From the IMG/VR virus record IMGVR_UViG_3300027762_000001: DNA of 64,000 bases; one strand, given 5' to 3'. The translations under genes were made by a program, and so were the position numbers. The notes beneath the pieces were generated by a model. That model saw only the letters and a program-made list of their open reading frames with translations. It was not told where the DNA came from and ran no database searches. This document shows, one piece after another, positions 57,179-64,000 of this stretch (position 1 is its first letter; every line of letters starts with the position of its first letter). The stretch is from a virus.

Positions 57179-58783
57179 TTATGTTGATAATGTATTATAA
57201 ATTCTCTCAGGCATATTCTTTAGAACGGGAATAGCCATTTTTTGATAGTATGGTATTAATTCAGTATTAGAGGATACAGCGTATTTATCATTATAAGTAA
57301 ACTTTTCATCTAATGCTACATATGATATTGAATACTGATACAAGAATTTTTGTATAGCTGCTTTATTAAATGATATATTTTGAATAAAGCCATAATAAGT
57401 TCTACCCTCAATTACTAATTCAGTTTTATACTGACTAACATACTCAAAATTATTATTTTTAACATCTTCACTATAAGTTTTATAATTTGTTAAAAATTTA
57501 TGTCTTTCAAGTTCATGTTTCATATCAAGCATAAATCCTGTAAATGATATGTTTATTGGGTTTTTACCTGTTCTCATTAAAAACCATCCGGCATTTGTTT
57601 TGTTCATTTGTTGAGTATTAGATCTGCTCTCTTGAAAAGATGATGGTGAAATTAAAAATGGTATTATTTTTTGTCCACCTCTTAAGTCTGTAAATCTTAA
57701 AATGCAGTTATGATAACCAGGCATTTCCCATGCCTGGTCTTTCCACTTAGGAGCTGCCTTTCCTCCGTAAGAACTAAAGTAAACATTAACATCGTCATAA
57801 TCTGTTCTTACATCTTTAGTCTGCAAATATCTTTCCTTCTCTATAAGTTCATAGTCTATTTTTCTCTCAATTGTTCTGGTTAAGTTTTGAATAAATAAAG
57901 ATTGACTCTCACCTATTCTTTCTAAGACTCTTGGAAGGTCGGGAGTAAAAACAACAGTATTAGGCTCTATATTTAAAGGATCAGTTATATGTGGATTCAT
58001 AAGTAACAATGTATCATATGTATCCTTTGGATTATCGCTTATTGTCATTGCAATTTCTTCTAATGCATTCCAGTCTATACGCTTAAATTCAATATTATCA
58101 AAATCTCTTCTCATTATAGCTTTTTCAACCATAACTTCACCAACTACAAATTTATGATACTTAGTTATGTTTTTAGCTGCACCAATAGGCTCGTAATTTA
58201 TTGTTTTATATATATTAATAAATTTCATTTTTTCTACAACTTCATCTTTTACTTCTTCAAGGTTAGAAAAATTACCACCACCACTACCATTCATTTCTGC
58301 AAAAGATGATATGTTATCAACTTTTAAATTTTCTTGTTCTATTAAATATATACATAAATCAACTAAGGACTTTTTTTGAGAATCAGATAATGTGCTACCT
58401 TCTTTCCCTCCTAAGCATATAGCAATACTATTTCTTACCTCTCTTTTATTGGAGGGTAGTTCATTTTTTTGAAACAAAGGTCTGCACTCATAAATCAAAC
58501 CATCATACTGCAGAGTAGGTTTACTTGACTCACCAGGGCCTTTTATTACATAATGATAAAATATACCTGATATAGCTGTTGTGTAAGAAGTTAATTGATT
58601 TTGATCTAATCTTTGGCCTCTCCACTTTTTATCTTCAGAGTGAGCAGTATTTAATAGACCAATATCTAAATATTCTTGGTTTTCATCACATATTATTATT
58701 TTTGTATCATTAAGATCCAAAAATTCCTTTTCTCTTAGTTGAGGCTTATACTTAAAAGCTTCTTTAACTTTTATTATTTTCAA
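57179..58783 (-). CDS. Tail tube initiator-like protein with degenerate amidase-like and LysM-like regions
   Basis: YHYVI...IYECRP...SIAICLGG; LLLMNPHITDPLNIEPN; position after tape measure. Confidence 0.55.
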   Translation of the reverse strand: MKIIKVKEAFKYKPQLREKEFLDLNDTKIIICDENQEYLDIGLLNTAHSEDKKWRGQRLDQNQLTSYTTAISGIFYHYVIKGPGESSKPTLQYDGLIYECRPLFQKNELPSNKREVRNSIAICLGGKEGSTLSDSQKKSLVDLCIYLIEQENLKVDNISSFAEMNGSGGGNFSNLEEVKDEVVEKMKFINIYKTINYEPIGAAKNITKYHKFVVGEVMVEKAIMRRDFDNIEFKRIDWNALEEIAMTISDNPKDTYDTLLLMNPHITDPLNIEPNTVVFTPDLPRVLERIGESQSLFIQNLTRTIERKIDYELIEKERYLQTKDVRTDYDDVNVYFSSYGGKAAPKWKDQAWEMPGYHNCILRFTDLRGGQKIIPFLISPSSFQESRSNTQQMNKTNAGWFLMRTGKNPINISFTGFMLDMKHELERHKFLTNYKTYSEDVKNNNFEYVSQYKTELVIEGRTYYGFIQNISFNKAAIQKFLYQYSISYVALDEKFTYNDKYAVSSNTELIPYYQKMAIPVLKNMPERIYNTLST

Positions 58784-58798
58784 AAAAAATCACCTCAC

Positions 58799-59440
58799 TT
58801 AAATAATCTTTACATTTTTTTCATAAGTATCTAAAAATATATGAGTATCATCTGATATCATTAAAGTTAAAATATAGTCGCCTATGATACTTGGTGATGT
58901 AAATGAAACATCAAATATTTTAGCTTTACCAAAATCTTCACTTACATCTTCATTGCCAGGAACATTTATGTCATCAGTAATAATAAGTGGAAACTCTTCT
59001 TGTACTTGAATTATATCTGATACATCTTTAAATTGTATAATTAATTTAATGTTCTTATCATCTGTCCAGCTAAAAAAGGTACCTGCATTTGTAAATTCAA
59101 TAGTTGCATTTACTTGTGAGTCACTTGCTATTTCAGTTAAAATGTCGTCTGATTTATGGCTTGCTCTTTTTAAGAAATTATTAACTGCATCAACATAATA
59201 TTGATTATCTAATTTTGTTCTTGAAGATAAATCTCTTATAGTTGAAACATTGTCTTTTATCTTTTTCTCTATTATTTTTAATTTACTTACTTGCTCTTTA
59301 AAAAACTTAACATCATTTCCCGAATAGTTGTCTGTATTCTCAGCTATCTTATTATCTATATCTGATTTTATTAATTCAGATTCAGTCATCATATCCTTAT
59401 TTCTTTTTAATAATATATGTATCTTCTCTAAATAATCCAT
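58799..59440 (-). CDS. Hypothetical tail-region protein
   Basis: GAGGTG RBS. Confidence 0.6.
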   Translation of the reverse strand: MDYLEKIHILLKRNKDMMTESELIKSDIDNKIAENTDNYSGNDVKFFKEQVSKLKIIEKKIKDNVSTIRDLSSRTKLDNQYYVDAVNNFLKRASHKSDDILTEIASDSQVNATIEFTNAGTFFSWTDDKNIKLIIQFKDVSDIIQVQEEFPLIITDDINVPGNEDVSEDFGKAKIFDVSFTSPSIIGDYILTLMISDDTHIFLDTYEKNVKII

Positions 59441-59460
59441 GTTTCACCTCTTTGAATTTA

Positions 59461-62400
59461 CTAAAGTCCTGGAACCCAATTCCATAATTTCGGAACGTTT
59501 CTGTCAAACCAACTAGTACCTTCATTATTAGGAGTAACACTGCTTGATGCAGTTCCAGCACTCTTACCTTCTATCTTTCCTAATCTTTCATCAAGGTCTT
59601 TTTGTAGATTTGACATTGAGTCTATAACTGATTTAACTGATGTTTGCAAGTCAGTCCATCCACCCTTTAAATCTCCAGCTTCAGATCCTGGAGCGTCAAC
59701 TGTTGTCATAACATTTCTTACTACATCCATTAATATTTTTTTCTGTTCGTCACTTGAACTGTCGTGGTAAGACGCTTCAATTAAATCAGCCTTTAATGCT
59801 TCTCTTCTATGCTCATTACCTGGACCTAAGATTTTCTCAAAGAAGGCGTCTTGTTTTTGTGTCTTCTTTTCTATTGCCTCATTATCATCATCTTTGCCAA
59901 CTACTAATTTTCCTAAATTTCCAGCAATCAGTTTCTCTTGGTCTGTTAATAATGTCTCAAGATTTGGACTGTTTTCAATACTTTCACTAGTACCCATCAA
60001 TGCAAGCTTTGCAATATCTTTTTGACTACCTCCAAGGTATTTAAGCATGACTCCACCAACGCCCGATACAAGTTTTACTTGTTCTTCGTAATCCTTCATT
60101 ACTTGAGGAAAAAGCTCAGCATCAGTATATATTTTAGATTTTGCAAGTCTTGTTGCAGAGTCTAAAGTTTTACCCATTAGAGCTAGGGAACCCCTGCCTT
60201 TCTCGCCTTCTTTTGTAAATGGACCCATACCCGTTTTTATATTTGGATTTTCTTTTTCAAAATTATCAATAAAATTCTTTAGGTTTTTAACGTCACCTTC
60301 ATCTCCAGACATTGCTGCAAGTGTCAGGCTTTCAAACTCACGTTTTTGAGATGTATTTAAATATTTATCATCATTTATTTCGCTTATAATAGACACAAGC
60401 TCTCCTTGTGACTTTACCATTAATTTTTCTCTTTCTTCTTGAGCTTTTTCGGCCGCTTTCTTCATATCTTTAATTGACCCACTACCCTTTATTTTTTCAT
60501 GGTTAGGGTCTTCTGTAAATTTATTAACAGTGTCAATATCAACTGGCTTATATCTATCCCCTTCTTCTGCTCCAACTAAAGTTAACTTACTTCCAATTCC
60601 AAAGAATCCGCCTCTTTTTTGTATTCTACTAGCCTCTAATCTATCTTTATCTGTGAAGTACTGCTCTGTAGGCATTGCCCCTGAATAATTAGGGTCACTT
60701 GATGTTCTTAAATAATTTAACTCTACTAAAAGATTACTCTTTTGATAAACATCCATTTTACCCCATTGAGTATTACCCTTATTATCTTTTTCACTATCAT
60801 AATCCCTTAACATATTTTGAATTTCAACTTGTCTTTCTGCAAACTTTTGATTTGCAGATAATTTAGAGCTTACACCTTTATCCATATCTATGCCATATGC
60901 ATAAGCCATATGCTCTCTCATTTTATTTAAATCCATTTCCTTGACCTTTGGATCATTTATTAAAGCATTAACATGATAAAGGTCAAAATGCTTCCTAATA
61001 TTTTTAGCAGTATCGCCAGTTATATAATCGCTTCTAGTGGCAAAGCTATAGTTTGATTTATACTCTCCTCTTGCTGTCTCAAATGAACTTATCATTTCAT
61101 TACTAATATCAGCACCCTGTCTCTTTAAATCTTGCATTCCTTCTTTAACACCTTTTATTATTTCCTTATAAACTTCTTTGCCTGTCTCTCTAGCTTCTAT
61201 AGAAAAGCTTCTTCCTTGACCTAAATTGGCTGAGTCATACTTGGTGCCAGTTAACCAATCAGAAACCTTTGTAACTGCTCCTACAGCCATCTCTGTCACA
61301 GGAGTAAATCTATCCCCAACTGTATCCTTAAATTTTTCCCATGGGTCTCTTACAAATGTACGCCAAGCACCTTTCCTGTTAGCATTTATATCTGCTAATA
61401 AATCTTGCTGTCTGGTTAAGTTGGCAGCATCTCTTAGCAGTTTTCCATTGTCAGCTTCCTGATAATTTAAGAAGTTTCCAAATAATCTTCCGGCATCTGA
61501 ATTATCACCAAATGCTAAACTTAATATTTGCTCATATGATAAATCTGCATTTCTTAAAGATGGATCTCCTAGTTGCCTTTTGGCAGCTTGCGATATAGTT
61601 GTTGCAATCTTTGATTGCTCTGCTGCGCTAAGTCCACCTAGAATTTTACCTGCTCGATTTACCCATTCATTTGATGCAGCTATATTTCCTTTATCTCTTA
61701 ACTCATTTAATTTAGCAGTACCTTTGTTTGTTAATTGTTCTAATGTTGAACCGCTGGCTGCAAAACTTTTAAATGATTCAGGATTAAATACAAAGCTTTT
61801 TGTATCTTCACTCCAGTCAAAGAAATTAAGACCTGCGCCAATAACCTCGCCCCTGTTTAAGAATTGTTGCATGTAACTAATTGTCATAGAAGAAGCCTGA
61901 TTAACTCCTCCAATATTAGAAATATAATTAAATAGCTCTCTTTGTCTTGGGTCTGAGCCTTGCATAATTTTAGATTTATCATACATTGAACTCACATATG
62001 CTATAGTATCTCCGGCTACTTGCATAGAATTTGTAGGAGATAATGTTGTGCCTTGTCTTAACTGCTCCCCAAGTGCAAATGAAGACTGCATAAATTCGTC
62101 AGCACTTCTTCCGGTGAAAGAGCCAAGCACTTTACTCCTGGATGCAAAATAATCAAAATTTTGACTAGAAATACCTGACTTATTCATTTCACTCATAAGA
62201 CCAGCTACATCTTCAAATGTCTTATTTAATATTAATGCACTCTTTTTAACGTAATCTGTTAATTTAGACATCTTATTTTGAAATGTCTCTAAGTCTTTAA
62301 CATCTTTTAATAATCCGCCCTCTGTAAACTTAGCCATTAGGGTAGTAGTCTCTTGGTCTGTGATTCCTTTTTCAGTATTCATGTGTCTTAAAAATCTTGC

Positions 62401-63030
62401 AGCTCCCCATCTTTGAGACTGGTCAAATCCTGCAATATCTCTTGTATTTGTAGATTCTCTTGGATTTATAAATCTATAAGATTCACGAAGTAAATACTGA
62501 TTTATTGATGCATGCTGTTGGGCTTGATTCAAACCTATATTAAATAAGCCTCCAACAGCTGCGCCTCCAACGACACCACCAGCTATCCCACCAACAAGTC
62601 CAGGAACTAAGGCCGTACCTAAAATACTACCGGCTGCAGATGTTCCAAATTTAGCTCCTGATATTGCGGCATCACCAAGTCTAGATCCATAATCAGTTCT
62701 TATTTGATCCATTTGATGCTGATTAACTCTGTTTCTATCTACAAATACAGAATCTATAAAACCCGCTTGAGGCATATTTAATTGACTAATGGAGCCCCTA
62801 AATTGTTGCCTTGCCGCCTGAGTCGAAGGAGAAAATGGAAACATTGGAGGTGCATACTCTGGCGAATAATTTACATAATCGCTCATATATTGAGCATTAG
62901 GCTGATGCCCAACATTTACAGAATTGTTCTTTGAAGTATTGGAGGCAATCGTATGTATAGCGTTTAATTGTTGTGCTTGTAGTTGTACTAATTTTTCCAT
63001 ACTATCTCTTAAAGATTGCTCCATGTTCAC
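59461..63030 (-). CDS. Tape measure protein
   Basis: 1189 aa, helical, Gly/Ala-rich hydrophobic stretch, follows the frameshifted chaperone pair. Confidence 0.75.
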   Translation of the reverse strand: MNMEQSLRDSMEKLVQLQAQQLNAIHTIASNTSKNNSVNVGHQPNAQYMSDYVNYSPEYAPPMFPFSPSTQAARQQFRGSISQLNMPQAGFIDSVFVDRNRVNQHQMDQIRTDYGSRLGDAAISGAKFGTSAAGSILGTALVPGLVGGIAGGVVGGAAVGGLFNIGLNQAQQHASINQYLLRESYRFINPRESTNTRDIAGFDQSQRWGAARFLRHMNTEKGITDQETTTLMAKFTEGGLLKDVKDLETFQNKMSKLTDYVKKSALILNKTFEDVAGLMSEMNKSGISSQNFDYFASRSKVLGSFTGRSADEFMQSSFALGEQLRQGTTLSPTNSMQVAGDTIAYVSSMYDKSKIMQGSDPRQRELFNYISNIGGVNQASSMTISYMQQFLNRGEVIGAGLNFFDWSEDTKSFVFNPESFKSFAASGSTLEQLTNKGTAKLNELRDKGNIAASNEWVNRAGKILGGLSAAEQSKIATTISQAAKRQLGDPSLRNADLSYEQILSLAFGDNSDAGRLFGNFLNYQEADNGKLLRDAANLTRQQDLLADINANRKGAWRTFVRDPWEKFKDTVGDRFTPVTEMAVGAVTKVSDWLTGTKYDSANLGQGRSFSIEARETGKEVYKEIIKGVKEGMQDLKRQGADISNEMISSFETARGEYKSNYSFATRSDYITGDTAKNIRKHFDLYHVNALINDPKVKEMDLNKMREHMAYAYGIDMDKGVSSKLSANQKFAERQVEIQNMLRDYDSEKDNKGNTQWGKMDVYQKSNLLVELNYLRTSSDPNYSGAMPTEQYFTDKDRLEASRIQKRGGFFGIGSKLTLVGAEEGDRYKPVDIDTVNKFTEDPNHEKIKGSGSIKDMKKAAEKAQEEREKLMVKSQGELVSIISEINDDKYLNTSQKREFESLTLAAMSGDEGDVKNLKNFIDNFEKENPNIKTGMGPFTKEGEKGRGSLALMGKTLDSATRLAKSKIYTDAELFPQVMKDYEEQVKLVSGVGGVMLKYLGGSQKDIAKLALMGTSESIENSPNLETLLTDQEKLIAGNLGKLVVGKDDDNEAIEKKTQKQDAFFEKILGPGNEHRREALKADLIEASYHDSSSDEQKKILMDVVRNVMTTVDAPGSEAGDLKGGWTDLQTSVKSVIDSMSNLQKDLDERLGKIEGKSAGTASSSVTPNNEGTSWFDRNVPKLWNWVPGL

Positions 63031-63032
63031 TT

Positions 63033-63440
63033 TTAATCACCAGCCTTTTCATCGTCTTTTAATTCTGAAATACCTAAATTTCTTTTTATATTATCTCTTT
63101 TATATTTAGGTAAGAAGAACTTAGTTTTATAATGGTCACTAAGATCAAGGGTTATTGTATCGGGTGTAGTTGCTTTTATTTCCTCTATAAAATCTTCTAT
63201 CTCTTTATCTACTTCAGTCTCTTTATCCTTATCTCTTTCTTTGATATACTCTAATCCAATCTTTGGATTAGCTAAAACTCCTACAACATCTAATCTATCC
63301 AGTATTCTATCTACTAGAACTTTATTATCTTCATATTCATTTTTCTTGTTATTCATTATTTCCTGATAATGAAAAAGCCATTGAGCATCTGTCATCTTTT
63401 GAAATCTTTCTTCTGTGATAACGCCGTTTTTCTCGTACAA
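63033..63440 (-). CDS. Tail assembly chaperone, -1 frame extension (gpT-like)
   Basis: Weak TTG start without RBS; frame stays open back to the slippery site at 63476-63482. Confidence 0.7.
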   Translation of the reverse strand: MYEKNGVITEERFQKMTDAQWLFHYQEIMNNKKNEYEDNKVLVDRILDRLDVVGVLANPKIGLEYIKERDKDKETEVDKEIEDFIEEIKATTPDTITLDLSDHYKTKFFLPKYKRDNIKRNLGISELKDDEKAGD

Positions 63441-63482
63441 GACTGTTGATACAACCTTGCCGAACGGCGTTCCTAAAAATTT
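63420..63482 (-). other. Programmed -1 ribosomal frameshift signal
   Basis: A AAT TTT TAG followed by hairpin AACGCCGTT...AACGGCGTT. Confidence 0.8.
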
Positions 63483-63970
63483 TTTATATCATCCACAATC
63501 TTGCCTTCATTTATATATATATTATTTTGCCTCTGGACACAATCTATATAAAATTGATATGTTTTTTGTATTACAATAGCTGGCATTCTTAATATTTGCT
63601 TATATAAGCTCTCTCTTTTTTTACTGTTTTCATATTTATCAAGGTTATCTCTTTCTATTGGAATTCCATTTATAGAAATAATAGCTTGAGATAATATGCT
63701 AGCTGCTCTTATCTTTTCAATTACATCAATAGGTATGGTAGGATTTGCTGATAATAAAATCGCCTCTGAGATTAGAAGTTCTTCAGTATTTAAAACTTTT
63801 AACTTTACCTTAAACCCTTCAACTATATCTTTTTCATCTACCACAACTCCCTTTTTTAAAAAATCCTCAAAAAAAGTTTCAATATCAGAAGCAGATGAAA
63901 ATGAATAATTTAATATCTTGTCCGTTGACTCATCTTTATTTTGCACATTAATGTTTTCATTTTGTTCCAT
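63473..63970 (-). CDS. Tail assembly chaperone (gpG-like)
   Basis: AAGGAG RBS, ends DDIKNF at the slippery site, upstream of tape measure. Confidence 0.75.
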   Translation of the reverse strand: MEQNENINVQNKDESTDKILNYSFSSASDIETFFEDFLKKGVVVDEKDIVEGFKVKLKVLNTEELLISEAILLSANPTIPIDVIEKIRAASILSQAIISINGIPIERDNLDKYENSKKRESLYKQILRMPAIVIQKTYQFYIDCVQRQNNIYINEGKIVDDIKNF

Positions 63971-64000
63971 AGGTGTTCACTCCTTTTTATTTTTTTATAT

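Noticed and set aside
2692-63908. Numerous short opposite-strand or nested ORFs in the track (e.g. 2692..2955, 14028..14405, 31143..31646, 51453..51791)
   Set aside because: They are shadows of longer genes, with no RBS and atypical composition

Overview
This is a 64 kb AT-rich segment of a large myovirus-type phage of a low-GC Gram-positive spore-former. The host is probably Clostridia, judging from the strong AGGAGG RBSs, the YtxC-, YaaL- and sigma-like genes and the CD1375-like peptide. Positions 1-38.8 kb (+ strand) form an early/middle region of many small hypothetical genes plus DNA-metabolism genes: an SbcD/Mre11 nuclease, an SbcC/Rad50 split into two distant genes, dCMP deaminase, YhaM-like HD nuclease, SNase, DUF932, DnaE, ThyX, a probable divergent sliding clamp, a primase-NTPase fusion, a J-domain protein and an SF2 helicase. 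Positions 38.8-64 kb (- strand) carry the late module: tail chaperone with a -1 frameshift, tape measure, hub and baseplate, two cell-wall hydrolases, a divergent sigma factor, a double Kelch-like fibre and the lysis genes. Most notable: (1) a clamp-like gene followed by four unrelated acidic proteins that each carry a QNELFE clamp-binding-like motif; (2) a 157-nt tRNA-shaped RNA with a second T-arm nested where the anticodon arm should be; (3) an unknown ~185-nt structured RNA; (4) a six-copy 17-bp promoter-like motif; (5) two different hydrolases sharing one C-terminal module. All calls come from reading motifs by eye; no database searches were run.
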